Assembly (NCBI GenBank): GCA_004764695.1
Contig: SMSO01000014.1
Location: forward strand, 2,909,648-2,973,647
Length of the DNA stretch: 64,000 nt
Direction of reading: 5' to 3'
From: Schizochytrium sp. TIO01
Lineage: Eukaryota; Protista; Bigyra: Labyrinthulomycetes
Part shown: positions 36,120 through 48,390 of the stretch, one piece after another
Layout: every line of letters begins with the position of its first letter
How positions within the stretch are numbered: position 1 is the stretch's first letter
Notes under the pieces: model-generated
Told to the model about the DNA's origin: nothing
Database searches by the model: none
What the model saw: the letters and a program-made list of their open reading frames with translations, nothing else
Made by a program: the position numbers and the translations under genes

Positions 36120-39100
36120 ATGTCGCTTCTTGGAGATATTTTTCACGATGACACAGACGACGATTTCAATGAATCAAACTACGAATTTTTTCCCGAAACA
36201 GTGTCCAAGTCAAATAATCTTGCATCGATTTCAGAAGTCAGCGAGTATTATAGTTCCGTAGATGTTTCTGTGCAAGAACGAGGTCCGCGATTGCCGCCTC
36301 CAATTCTACCTGAAGAAATTCGGAAATGTCCTGAGGATTTTGTGGGCTTGCAAAATCAGGGTGGAACTTGCTATCTTAACTCATTGTTACAAACTTTGTA
36401 CTTACTGCCGCAATTCAAGCATGGCATTTACTCGCTTGACCCAGAAACAGAATTAGGGTGTTCCAGCTCCGAGTCTGCACAGGGAGGAGAAAACAGTACT
36501 CCAGAACGAACAAGCTCGCCTGCACAAAGCAATGATTCTTCAAAGTCGGGCCTGAAAAAATCAGGTCTCCGCGAGCTTCAAAGTCTGTTTAGCCGCTTGG
36601 ATACCTCTTTGGAAACGAGTGTTTCTACACTTGCACTTACAAAAGGCGCATTTGAGTGGGGAAGTAGTCAAGCTGCTGCACAGCACGATGTGCATGAGCT
36701 TGTAACCAAGCTGCTAGAGAGAATCCATGCCGAACTAGTAGGCACATCGCAAGCAAGCCTAGTAAAAGACACTTTTATTGGGCAAGCCAAAGAAAATGCT
36801 GTGCGGTGCATGGGATGTGGCTATACTTCAGGTCGAGCAACACCTTTTATGACTTTATTTGTCAACGTTGACGGCTTTGCTGACCTCGAGGCATCTCTAG
36901 ATGCTCAATATTGTGGCACACCAGAGCGTCTGGAGGGAAGTAACGCTTACAAATGTGATGAATGCGGTGAGGTCACGGACAAAGAACTATCTCAATCTAT
37001 CACACGTTTGCCACCAACTTTATTTCTCAATCTCAATCGTTTCAAGTTTGACTTTAACACCTTGCGGCGCGTTAAGATTTCGACGCGGTTTGAGTTTCCC
37101 ACACAGCTGGATATGCGTAGGTTTGCACCAGACGCAGAGACTCCACATAATACAGATTCCAAGGTTTCTACTGATCCCAAAGACACAACCTTAGAGTTAG
37201 AGGCGAGTGTCTCAAAGCATTCTGAAGCCAGGCCTTCAAACAATGATATAGAGGCAGAACATCACAATGCAACTGATGCCTCACAAGTTTCTGAGGAAGA
37301 TGCATTTGCTACAAGTTCTTCCCTTGAGGCCATCGATGATCAGAAATATACATTAGTAGGGATCATTTCCCATGCTGGTACCGGTTATGGAGGGCATTAT
37401 ATGTGTTATTTGCGCGTTGATGCACTCTGTCCAGAACGGTTTCAAGCAATAAATGCAACACAAGGTAGCAAAACTAAGGATAGTAGCTCTTCAACTTCAA
37501 GTAACCACAAGAAAAAGGGAGCTACAATGAGCGCACCCGCCAGGGAAGAGTGGCAAGTAGTTGACAAGTCTAAGAAGAAGTCGAAGGGCAAGGGAAATAA
37601 CGACAGCAACACAAACTCTAATAAACGCAGAGAACTGGACGCTGCAGCATGGGGAAATTGGTTTAAATTCAATGATACCCAGGTCCAACAAGTATCAACT
37701 GAGGAACTTGCTCAGACTTTTTCAGGACGCAGCTGTGCATATCTTCTCGTATATAGCAGGCTTGGGACTTCTCAGGGAGGTGTTGTACACCCGCTGGTTC
37801 CTGCGTTCTGGAAGTCTGCTTTAACAGAGTCCAACAAAAGGTTGCTTGATCATTGGCAGAGGTATGACGCACTTTGTAATCTTACGCGTTTCGATCTGCA
37901 CATTCTCGGCGAGGATGCCGTTTGGGAAAATCCCTTTGTACGGCTTCATGTAGAAGGTGAAAATGCAAGGAAAATTCAGGCTTCCAGAAGCCACAGCCCA
38001 CTGGAAGACGTCGAAATTGACGGTCGTATGAGTCTTTCCCAGGTCGGAGACCTCTTGTTAAGTAAACTGCCCAACTGCGACAAGGACTCGTATTACAGGT
38101 ACTTTATTCTCAGCCGTGCTGTGCAAGAGAATGGACAACGGAGAGGACGTCATGTATTACTTGAACTCGAGGTGGATGAACAGTCCAAGTCTTTGAGCAG
38201 TGTTGTAGATGCAACACCAAATGCGTCCGCACATTTACTTGTTTTATTATGTCCTAAGGAGTCCCATGGGTTATCGAGAGAGTCCCTACCTTTCTTATGT
38301 GAAGGCGAGGGACGTCCTGTTCAATTAAAACTCACAATTACCGCTAAACGAGATACAACTCCTGTATGGTATGCAATTGGATCACCTGCAGCAGCTATAG
38401 CAGAGCGCCTGTGTTCTGAAATTGATGGGGCCACGTCGTCAGATTTCTACGTATCAAATCATCAAAAGGAAGGCAAAGTTGAACGTGTTTTAGAAGCGTC
38501 AAATTTGAATTACGAAGGTCGAGAGGTGTTTTATGCAGAGTCTAAGTTAGAAGTCGAGTCGGAGTTAGCACGGCGTTTGCGTGTGAAGACTTTCCATATA
38601 GTTGATGCCTGGCCAAGGGATCGCGAACAAGAATCTGCGGGTTCATGTTCCCCTCCGTTTGATATTACACTTGACCCAGCTGAGGATAGTTTACTCAATT
38701 TGCTAGCACAAGCAGCCGGGATTTTCGGCCGTGATCTTGAAGAAGATATCTGCCTTGAGGTTGAAAGTTCTGGTCTGATCGTTGAGAGTGACGATGAGCT
38801 CTTTGGTCTGGCAAGGGCTACACAACTTGGTTTAACAACACGTAGTGGACTGGAGGCGAAGGCTGCCCAAAATGCTTTACAAACTAAAAACGTGAGGTTT
38901 TCTCAAGGAGGGAAAAGTGGCATGATCCAATCTGATCAGAACAATCAGGAAGACATGGACGATGAGCTGGAATCTAAAGATGAGAGCAGGTCTTCACCTT
39001 CTCAACACCTGTCTGAAAGGATTAAGTTTGCCCTTGTGAGCAATAATGACCCGCTATCCCCGAGTCTTACTGCGCAACTATCACCAGGCGAAGTTTCCTC

Positions 39101-40607
39101 GGATGTAGTCAACGTTAGCAAGTTGCACAGGAGTAAACCCGTATCATGGAAGGTTGACCATTCTATGGGTATTGTTGATATGAAGCAAGATGCTCTTGAC
39201 GCTTTACTCTCTGCAGCGGAACCTGAAAACGCTGAAAATGCCGTGTCGTCAGCGTGGCGCTTACGGCTTACAAATTGGGCGGGTGAAGCCTGCGATCTTA
39301 TCCCGGAAGCAAAGTTAGGGGAAATGCCTGATGAAGAGCTCAACGAAGAATTGCAGCAGCAGGTTGCACAATACATGCAAAAGAAAAACATTCTTCAAGG
39401 CGAGGCAGACGAGGTAGCCTCAGCATTCAGAGCTATTGCTGGATCTAGTCTCGGATCATGCAAAGTCACTTCTGAGTTGCTAGGGTCATTGAAACAGAGT
39501 GCGTCCATCTCAGAGTTGTGGCGAGCTCTCGGTCCACCCGCTTCGTGCATACCATTGGAAGGTTTGACACTGAAAGATGCTTTACAAGATGTACGAGGTG
39601 CAGATGAGATCCTTGTTGAGCGCGGTAAAGTCCCTATCGAAGGATTTGTATCACTAAGTATCCACGTGTGGAATCCAACTTTAGGTTCCGCAGAAGAAAT
39701 TGTATCCGAAATTGTTTTTACAGAGAATGAGCTGCAGTCATCGCTGCGCGGCGCTTTGACTCGTGGATTATTATTGACTGTATCCTCTTTGACTTCTGCT
39801 TCCGAGACGCATCCTCTTTGTCGCACGCTAGCAGTCGCTGTTATGGCGGATAATTTGCTCGTGCGCAAGTTGGAATATTGCAATTTAGTTGGGCGATATA
39901 TTCCAACGGGGTTAGTCCATCCCAAAATGCTGGGATTCAAATGGGGAGGCAAATCCGTTCCGAAGAGGATTCCCATCCCTGTGGTTCTGCACCCTGTCCA
40001 ACCGGAGCATGCAACTTTATCTGCTGGTGTTGCTACAAAGCACTCAAGTGGATCAAATAAGCATTCTCATGTATGGCTTTGTGAATTCATACCTCGCTCT
40101 GATGGTGCCACGTGTGTTGGTCTGAAGGAAATGGAAGCTAGCTCGTCTGATAGCGACGATCGTCTCATTGAGCGCGCCGCAGCCATTGTCAACATTCCGC
40201 CTATCGAGTTTGTTCTTGCTTGCCACAATGAAAAAACGCATCGCTGGGAGATAATTCGTATGGAACAACATGTAGCTGCAGACATCGATGGAGACAACGG
40301 CAATAAGCAAGTTAAGAAAAGCAAGGCAAAGACAAAACGAGATCGCCTGAAGCGCAAATTCCAGCATGGCAGTGTTTTAGCGTATATACGGGCAAGAAAT
40401 TTTCCAGAGGGGGTGTCTACACCTAGCGCTTCACTATTTGACACTGCTGCAGATCTTGATGCTCGTTCTCGCGAGGCAGAGGCTGCAGAAAAGCGAAAAG
40501 CGGAGCAGCCTCAGCCGCTGGCGCTTACATATTCCCCCCTGGTTTCCTCTGAAGCCGAGCTGCGACTCGGAGGGGACAGTGATTTCCTCTTTGCTGATTA
40601 CTCATGA
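36120..40607 (+). CDS. USP40: Ubiquitin-specific protease (peptidase C19), USP40-like, 1495 aa
   Basis: Cys box FVGLQNQGGTCYLNSLLQTL...IYSLDPETELG, QHDVHEL, finger CMGC...CDEC, LNRFKFD, His box HAGTGYGGHY and WFKFND. The NQGGTCYLNSLLQTL and YGGHY signatures match USP40; orthology is not proven. Confidence 0.85.
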   Translation: MSLLGDIFHDDTDDDFNESNYEFFPETVSKSNNLASISEVSEYYSSVDVSVQERGPRLPPPILPEEIRKCPEDFVGLQNQGGTCYLNSLLQTLYLLPQFKHGIYSLDPETELGCSSSESAQGGENSTPERTSSPAQSNDSSKSGLKKSGLRELQSLFSRLDTSLETSVSTLALTKGAFEWGSSQAAAQHDVHELVTKLLERIHAELVGTSQASLVKDTFIGQAKENAVRCMGCGYTSGRATPFMTLFVNVDGFADLEASLDAQYCGTPERLEGSNAYKCDECGEVTDKELSQSITRLPPTLFLNLNRFKFDFNTLRRVKISTRFEFPTQLDMRRFAPDAETPHNTDSKVSTDPKDTTLELEASVSKHSEARPSNNDIEAEHHNATDASQVSEEDAFATSSSLEAIDDQKYTLVGIISHAGTGYGGHYMCYLRVDALCPERFQAINATQGSKTKDSSSSTSSNHKKKGATMSAPAREEWQVVDKSKKKSKGKGNNDSNTNSNKRRELDAAAWGNWFKFNDTQVQQVSTEELAQTFSGRSCAYLLVYSRLGTSQGGVVHPLVPAFWKSALTESNKRLLDHWQRYDALCNLTRFDLHILGEDAVWENPFVRLHVEGENARKIQASRSHSPLEDVEIDGRMSLSQVGDLLLSKLPNCDKDSYYRYFILSRAVQENGQRRGRHVLLELEVDEQSKSLSSVVDATPNASAHLLVLLCPKESHGLSRESLPFLCEGEGRPVQLKLTITAKRDTTPVWYAIGSPAAAIAERLCSEIDGATSSDFYVSNHQKEGKVERVLEASNLNYEGREVFYAESKLEVESELARRLRVKTFHIVDAWPRDREQESAGSCSPPFDITLDPAEDSLLNLLAQAAGIFGRDLEEDICLEVESSGLIVESDDELFGLARATQLGLTTRSGLEAKAAQNALQTKNVRFSQGGKSGMIQSDQNNQEDMDDELESKDESRSSPSQHLSERIKFALVSNNDPLSPSLTAQLSPGEVSSDVVNVSKLHRSKPVSWKVDHSMGIVDMKQDALDALLSAAEPENAENAVSSAWRLRLTNWAGEACDLIPEAKLGEMPDEELNEELQQQVAQYMQKKNILQGEADEVASAFRAIAGSSLGSCKVTSELLGSLKQSASISELWRALGPPASCIPLEGLTLKDALQDVRGADEILVERGKVPIEGFVSLSIHVWNPTLGSAEEIVSEIVFTENELQSSLRGALTRGLLLTVSSLTSASETHPLCRTLAVAVMADNLLVRKLEYCNLVGRYIPTGLVHPKMLGFKWGGKSVPKRIPIPVVLHPVQPEHATLSAGVATKHSSGSNKHSHVWLCEFIPRSDGATCVGLKEMEASSSDSDDRLIERAAAIVNIPPIEFVLACHNEKTHRWEIIRMEQHVAADIDGDNGNKQVKKSKAKTKRDRLKRKFQHGSVLAYIRARNFPEGVSTPSASLFDTAADLDARSREAEAAEKRKAEQPQPLALTYSPLVSSEAELRLGGDSDFLFADYS

Positions 40608-43600
40608 GCATAAAGCATTTTTCAAAAGATATCAATCCAAATGAGCTTGTCCATCATACGTAAGACTAATTTTGATTCGTTTTCAAAAGGTCTGACAATA
40701 TTTTGCACATCCGACACAATTCCTTGCACGTGCGATGATTTGTTGTGTCAAGCTCACCATATCTTCCTTCAAGTGGCATACTCTCTATTTATATTGGTTC
40801 TATTTTTTGATTCCACGGAACTTCCAGTGACAGGGACTGGAACATGCAAGTCGTGAAAACATTTCTTTATTAGGCCTGCGTTTCTTGAAGTAGGAGGGTC
40901 TTCTAACAGCGCCACACTCTATCCAGCCTATGGTCGTTTTGTTCCCCAGGTACAGCCGAGGGGTTATGCACTACGAACTCTAGAGGCTCGCTGCCTAGGC
41001 CGATCAGCATTGTTTGATGCAATGCAGGAAATAGACCAAGCGACTTGCCCGGAACTGGCCGAGCCTGCAATGAGGAAGAAGGTCGTCTCCGGGAGGACTT
41101 CTCCGCTAAATTACCCGCAGATCCAGCAATGTAGATTATTCTGGGTAATGCTGCCTTCTTATCTACCCATGCGGAGATTGGTAGGCACGGTAGGTAGAGT
41201 ACGTTTCTCCCCATTCCTGCAGAACATAGTTATGGACGGCTATGAGACTGACTGTCTCCACGGAGGAGGAAGCTCCTTACAACGCCCCCGTTTTAGCTAT
41301 GATTGAAACGTAGGGAGGCACTGGGAACTAGGCTAAATTTTAATGCAATTGATCACGGATTCCTTGCGTTTCTTCCTTTGGAGCAGCATGCTGTGGTTTC
41401 ACGTGCTGCTTTCTTGGGTTGAACTAGGAAGTAGGTATGATACTTCCTAGGTGGCGAATTTGCCTGCCCGGATTGTGACTAGGCAGATTAATAAAGCTGG
41501 TTCTTTGTAATTCTTGTGCATAAACCATTTTATTCTCTTCGACCCAATTACGCGGCAGTCGGTCACTGGGATGCCTTGTCCCTATCTCAGCAAGCTGGCT
41601 GCAAGACTTTAACCTTGGACATTGGCCATGGCATTTGCTGTTTCTGCCACCTATGTAGCAGGTGGCACAGCACTCGTGTCTCGTGTTTCCCCTGAAATGC
41701 TTTGCCTTCTTTGTCCAACTCGTTGTGCTCATGTTTCTTTCTGCAGTCACAGTGTAGAGTTTGGGCGGTCTTCATGACTTTTCATCTTATGAATGCTCTC
41801 ACCAATGCACTTAGCAGTACAGCAGTACCTCTCTACCTAGTTATTACAATGAATGAGCTTATTGAACATACTGATCCATGTGGCCATCCATTGCGCTCTG
41901 CTGAATCTGTTCAGCAATTCTGAGCAGATTCTCTAAGACTTTGGTACTAGTTAGGTACTTATTGCTGTTTTTTAGGCTTATTGATGCGCTTGTTTTCTAT
42001 TTTTTTAATTTTGATTATTTATTTATTTTTAATTTAAAAAATTAAATTGAAGTTACAGGTAGGCCTTTCTTACTAACTGATTACTACTAGCTATGTGCCT
42101 ATCTCTTTGTTATTTTTTTATTATTTCTTAATCAAATAAATCAACTTTTAATTAAATTTGAACGATCATAACTCTCCGGTAGTGTGAAAATAATAATATT
42201 ATAGAAAGAAAAACATCTATTCTTTTTCCTAAAATAACTTGAAGAAAATAAACATTTAAGAAAAAAGCAAAAATATGTGATGAGTGGAGCATATCGTTTT
42301 GGGCTGCGGTTTCATCCCGTATAGATTCTGAGCAGACAAAACCGAGCCCGTGCCTGACTGCAAACTCCTCATGTGTATTCGTCTTTCTAAAACTAAATTG
42401 CACGGCAGGAAGCAATCATCACTTCAACTTTCTTTCCTTGGTTTTCTTTGTATTTTTACATTCGGATCGTGGTAGGTAGTACTTACCTACCTACCTACCT
42501 ACCTACTTGCACAGTCGCACCGTTATTACTATGATACTTCTTTGCGCTGGGAACCCCCTGCAAGAGTTTATAAAAACCAACGAAATCTAAAGTTGATTGT
42601 CATTTCAAGATCTCAGAATCACCAACCACTTCTTCAATGTGGAAGGGTTCTAATCCATCGATCCGAGCTCCAAGTTGATAAAGGATTGGCAGACGTCTAT
42701 TCTCTTCTACACTCGCCAAACCAGTGGGTGCCCCATTAAGGGGAAAAGAAAACTCCGTCTACAAAGCGAAAAGGCCGAACTCGCCATAACAAATATAGAC
42801 AGAGATTCTTTCAGGCAAGGTAGCAAGCAAGCACTCACTACCAACTCCTCTCTAATTCGGAGACTGCTGCGGCCACAAGCTTCTTCCAAAGAATCGGAGC
42901 ACAGGCCTTACTTTGCTCGTTCTTATCGACGGCGAAGGACCTTTCATGGGACCTTCTTCGTCCACTCATTTGCACTTCATTGATTGAAGAGCAGAGAAAG
43001 AGCGACGGGGCGCCATCTTTGTTTACTCGCCTGCCTCCTCGCTCTTTTCGCTTCGTTTTCTTTCTTTCTTTCGTGTTTTATTATGATTATATTTTTTATT
43101 TCTTTTTAAATAAATAAAGCCAGGCTATATGGAGAGCTAGTACCTACTAGCTGGTAATCATCTCCTCTCCCGAAGAGGCTCCTCTTCTTCTTGAAAGAGC
43201 GACGGAGTTCTCGCTCGCGAAACCGCGTCATGTGAAATCCTGCGACTGAGAACCCGTCCAGGTTTCTTTGGAGCGGGGCGCAGCTATTTGGGACTGCAGC
43301 TGAGCCACCTGAGCGAATTAGCGGCGGCTTTTGCGGCTTTTATGTTCCCTTCAAGACCAGATTCCTTGGATACACTATGATTATTATGATAGATCCAGAC
43401 ACCGTAAGAAATATATTTGTTGAAAACTCTTTCCAAAAAAAAGTTTTCAGGCTATTTGATTTTCTATTACTGAATTAGCGTTATTCCAATGATCATTTTA
43501 TGAAGGTGTACAGAAGAGCGCAAAACCTCAAGTCAATTTAGACTTAAGCCCTGCTCGATCCTCGCTCAGAGAAGGGCTTGGAGACGAGACGGTCGTGCTC

Positions 43601-43677
43601 GTTGAAGTCAGGAGCAACACTCCAAGCTAAAGCTCGACGCCGCGGGATGGTTCTCACGCACGCACTCACGCACTCGC

Positions 43678-43711
43678 GCTAGCTAGCTAGCTAGCTAGCT
43701 AGCTAGCTAGC
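43678..43711. repeat. (GCTA)n self-complementary tetranucleotide repeat
   Basis: gctagctagctagctagctagctagctagctagc read directly. Confidence 0.95.
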
Positions 43712-44160
43712 GAGGTTTGGAAGCGGATCCCTGCTGCTTCGCGATCTTGAACGCTCAGTCTCCATAAAGCAACGTGACGGAGACGCTCAGGGCAACCATA
43801 CCCCGAGAGCTCAGGAAAGCAGGCCCTTCAAGTCGAAGGCCCTGGGTCTGAGCCCGAGTCTCGGTCCGAGTCCAACGCCCAGCAAGCCCGAGTCTAACAA
43901 ACTTAATAAAACTCGAGCCCAAGTGCAACCGTGTCCTGGAGCGCTAGCTAGCTCGCTAGCCAGGTTCCTGCTGCAAAGCTTTGGGATTGGGGTCGAGGGC
44001 GTCTCGCAATGTGCAGAGCACCTCGAGAGCACCAAGAGAGTGCCTCGCTCGTGGCACCTACGTCCTGAAACTCAACGGTTCTGTCGCAGAATTGCAATTC
44101 AAGCTACACGAACTGCATATCTATTTATTACCTGGTCACGACATTCCTGGCATTCGACAT

Positions 44161-44265
44161 GAGACAACGGCGCCAACGTCGACATGAACTAGTGAGCTGG
44201 AGCAGATCATGGGCGGCGTCGGTTCGATTAAAGATGCGTGACAAGTCGGGGTCGTTGAGATAGTC
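44161..44265 (-). pseudogene. Decayed F-box-like motif
   Basis: DYLNDPDLSRIFNRTDAAHDLLQLTSSCRRWRRCL fits the F-box pattern L.d..l..IF..ld..dLl.l..vCrrWr. It lies in a short ORF with no ATG before the motif, next to a 66-bp duplication. Confidence 0.4.
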
Positions 44266-44388
44266 GCCAGGACTTCGCGAGCGATATTTGGGGTGGCAGT
44301 TTCGTAGCCTATCTTTCAAGAAAAGGCCCCTGCTTCGCTTTAATTACCAGATTGGCCAAGACATACGCGAGCAATCACAGCAGCACTT

Positions 44389-44520
44389 GTGCCATGGGGT
44401 TTTGATCGCAAACTTTACGAAGACGGACGAAAAGCTGATTCATTTCATCTGCCAGTGCCATGGGGTTTTGATCGCAAACTTTACGAAGACGGACGAAAAG
44501 CTGATTCATTTCATCTGCCA
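44389..44520. repeat. Perfect 66-bp tandem duplication
   Basis: gtgccatggggttttgatcgcaaactttacgaagacggacgaaaagctgattcatttcatctgcca occurs at 44389-44454 and 44455-44520. Confidence 0.95.
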
Positions 44521-46204
44521 CTCGAGATTTTTGCAACAAACAAACAAACAAACAAATAAGCACAAAAGCAAGCCCAGACCTCTGTAAACTCCTTATAAAT
44601 CGCGATGTAGCGTAGCTAGAATCTCGATCTATTTAATTCGTCACTACTAACCTGCATGAAATCCTTAGAATGGCTTAACAACATCCCACGATCCGTACCT
44701 CAAGGCAGCAACTTGGTATGACATATGGTTAGGTTAGGTCTATCTTTTTCTTTCCACAAAAGGATGTTGAAAACGTTTGTTTTTTTAAGTTTAAAATCAC
44801 TTCCGAAAACAATATATTTTCTTTTCTTTTCTTTTTTTCAATTATGTTGATTTATCTTTTAAAAAGAAATGAAAAAGGCTGCCGAGCTGACGATGAAACC
44901 CAGAAACAAAAACGAAAGCCCATCGAGGTCGATTGAAACGCAGGAGCAAATCCAAACAAATGGGTGGCGAGCCAGCCACCTGCTCCTTAGAGGCGTGTCC
45001 GCAGCCTCAGTTCGTCAGACTGCCAGCCTTTCCAGCCTTCCATCCCCTGGCACCACCTTTCTTCGCTCTCTCTCTTTTCTTCTTCTTCTTCTTTTCTTTG
45101 TGCACGCGCGAGAAAGGACTCAGTATTAGCCACCTTTTAACAGAAGCTGCCTAAGTCTAAAGCTACGACCAGCTAGGCCCCCGAGACATCAAAACACTCT
45201 TTCATTTTCCTTTTGAAGTAAACAGGCGAAGTGTTTATATAGTATCTGTATTATTATTATTATTATTATTATTAATTTAATCAAAAGTAAAGTTAGAATT
45301 AAAAAGCTGAAAAGTACGGAAAGGAAGAAACAGTAATATCGTAGAATTGAACTTCAACAAGTGAAGCAAAACCAAACAAACTAAACCAAACAACAACAAC
45401 AACGACAACGACAACGACAACAACAACAACAACTTCTGCTAAAGCATTTCGCCTCACCTCCTCTGTCAGAACCCAGAGAGAGCCTCAGTCTGAGAAAATG
45501 AATGCTATGACTCCTGTTTCTGCGGCGTCTTCCTCATTCAACTTTCTCTCTCGCCGCCTTGCGACCCAAGCGAAGGAAGGCAGAGCAGACACACACGTGA
45601 TTCGTGATGGCACGGAGTTCCTTTCTCTGAACACGCATCGCATTCTGCACATCGATCGTCTTTCGCATAGAAATAAATACTAAAATCCACGCGATTTCAA
45701 GCTTTTGCAGTCCTCCTCAAAGCTCATGAAAACACACCGAAATCAACACTCACTCACTCACTCACTCACTCACTTCATTCGCCCTTTGTCTTTTGGCTTT
45801 GGCTTTGGCTCCATAAGGCGCTGCAAAGAAAGGCACAGTCACGCGCGCAAAGGAAGGAATCAAGGAGCCTGGATTGATTGCTCTCTCTCCGCTGTCTTCT
45901 TTTTGGCCCTTTGGGCATTGGTTGTCTCAGCAATCAATTCCTTACTACTGCGAAAGACAGTGAGTGACTGTGTTCTCTTCTATAGCGCATGATAAGGGCG
46001 CTTGCTTGATTGGCGAGAGAACGAGTGACTCAGAAATGAATGAAGGAAATCGAACTCGTTCTGGCTGTAGCTATCTATCTTTCTCTCTGTGCCACACTGC
46101 AGAGAATGCGAATACTCCACTTGCGGGATCCTATAACCTACTTTGCAATTTCTGTATAGATCACTTGAGCCCTCCCGGCTCCCGTGTGCGAGTTAGTGCG
46201 TGCG

Positions 46205-46205
<1 letters not shown>

Positions 46206-46268
<63 letters not shown>

Positions 46269-46270
46269 TT
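46206..46270. repeat. (CTTT)n microsatellite
   Basis: ctttctttcttt... read directly; a poly-T run of about 33 nt also lies at 46660-46692. Confidence 0.95.
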
Positions 46271-46656
46271 TCCTCTCTTCCGATTCCTATTTTTCAATTA
46301 TTTCAATTGTTTACTGCCAGTGGTTTTATTTTATATTGTTAATAACAACAATACTAATACTCATAATAATAACAACTTGATGTTTTCAATCAAAAAATTA
46401 ATTTGAACAGCAGAAATTGTTATGCTGAGAAATCGATCACGGATACCGTTGAACCGGCCGGCCGTTCCTCAGACTTCGCAAACGAAACCAATAAGGGACG
46501 CATATTTTGAGGTAGGGGCTTGCTCAGAAGATTCTCTGGCAGTTAACGATCCAGCCGATCAACTTACCATCCCCAAGCAGCGTTCACGAGAAGAGGAGAC
46601 CTTTGGCCCACTTGCTTCTTTTACAGGCCCAGAAACACATATGCTATCAACTACAG

Positions 46657-46696
<40 letters not shown>

Positions 46697-48369
46697 AATA
46701 TAAGAATAAATTAATATTCAAAATTAGTTTTTATATACATTTTGTTCTGCTACTATGGAGATAAATAAATTTTAAAAAGGATCTAGGCTCAGAATACAGC
46801 CTCAACAATTTCATGCTCTAGGCTCTAGAGAAGAGAAAACGGGAGTAGAAAGCATCATCGATATGTGGCTCTATATGAGGAGTGCTTCCTTCCTTTAAAA
46901 AGCACTTTTAATAAAACAGATTTAGATCATAGAGTTGTGTTTTATGATGTGAAAAAGGTGGAGAGGTGCTCGAACATGGGGATTCAAAGAGCAATGATGT
47001 TTGTTTTCTTAAGCATCGGTCGGCTTCATTAGCATGCGACCGCCTCAAAGCTCGTGGTGAGTTTGCGAGGGCATTGAGTTTCTCCTTCTTCAAGTCCTTC
47101 TTCTTGGAGTTCTTCTTGTTCTTCTTCTTTTCAGAAATGAGCCACCCTTCTAAGCTCAGGCAGCATCAGCAGGCAGCGTCTATAATGCGGGCTTACGGCC
47201 GAATCGATTGGCAGGGTCCTCCACATACTCTGAGTTTTCTTGCCTTTTCCGGCACCTTTTGAGAGTTGGCTGTCTGGGGACAGCGTACTTCGGCAAATGG
47301 CGATAGCGACTTACTTCACGACTCGTGCATTGATTGCTCTCGCGATTCGTGCATTCCCTTGGGCTTCTCACTCAATCAGCTCAGAGACCGTTCGCTCGCT
47401 CAATATATGCATTGTATGCATGCATACATGTCTGCAAGTATATGTGAATGACTGCATGCATGCATCCATGAATGTCGACGAGGATTGTGCATTTAACGTA
47501 CTTTGATCTCTTCTGCATACATTTGCGGTCAGTTATTTGGGGTGCGCTGTTGTGACGTTGGACCACCAACTTCATTTGTTGTGATTTCAATGGTCGAATT
47601 GAGTTTGGTGGGAGGGCTTATTCGTTCAATGCCTTCGTTGGTTCTTTCGTGGAAAGATCGGGTCGGCGAAGCGCGTCTTCGGGTCGGTCTTCGAGAGATG
47701 GGGCCTTCGTACGAGAAGCATTGCTTTGTCATTCTCTCCAAGCGTATATACATTGGGGGAATGCGCTTTCAAGGAAGAACTTGAAGTTTAGAGCGGATTT
47801 TAGTGATACTTCGATCCTCTCTTGTTCAGAAGTGACAGGTAATGTTGTATACATGTTTCGTTGGTAGAGCCTCTGTAAATATTTATTTTATTTCACTTCT
47901 GGCACTTGATGTTCAGCTACAGCTAACACTGTAGAGTTATTTATGTATGTGCTAGGGGGATGAATAAATAAATAAATAAAATTTTATGTTATATTTCAAA
48001 ATAGAATACTTGAAGATCCGGGGTTAAAATGCAACGAAACATTTCTTTTAACATAAAAATAAAGAAATAACATATTTTAAATCGAAGTGAGAAAGAAATT
48101 TGAGAGAGAATGGAGCGGCGAGAGAGAAAACAGTCCTTGAACTGTGACCACAACAAAACTTGGCGCACGAGCGGGTGTTGTGGCGGGGAAGCCACGTAGG
48201 GAGCTGGTGGCGCAGGTACTACGCACGGAACTCGTTTTACTGGCTAGCTTGCCCGCCTGTTCCTCTCCCGAGTGTAGGTACTCTTTTAGACCTTTAACTT
48301 ACTCTGGGACCCACCTGAGAGATCAGACATTCGCTGTTTGTTTCTGATCTTTGTTTTACAGAAGAACGG

Positions 48370-48390
48370 TGTAGCTGCTCTGAAGACCTG
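48370..48390 (+). promoter_or_regulatory. Conserved upstream element of glycosyltransferase paralog 1
   Basis: tgtagctgctctgaagacctg, 19/21 identical to 53774-53794 upstream of paralog 2. Confidence 0.55.

Noticed and set aside
35472-36146. 224-aa minus-strand ORF overlapping the USP start
   Set aside because: No recognisable motif, composition resembles antisense UTR sequence, and it overlaps the start of a real gene.
44389-44520. Direct repeats considered as a CRISPR array
   Set aside because: Only two adjacent units, no spacers, no cas genes, eukaryotic context.
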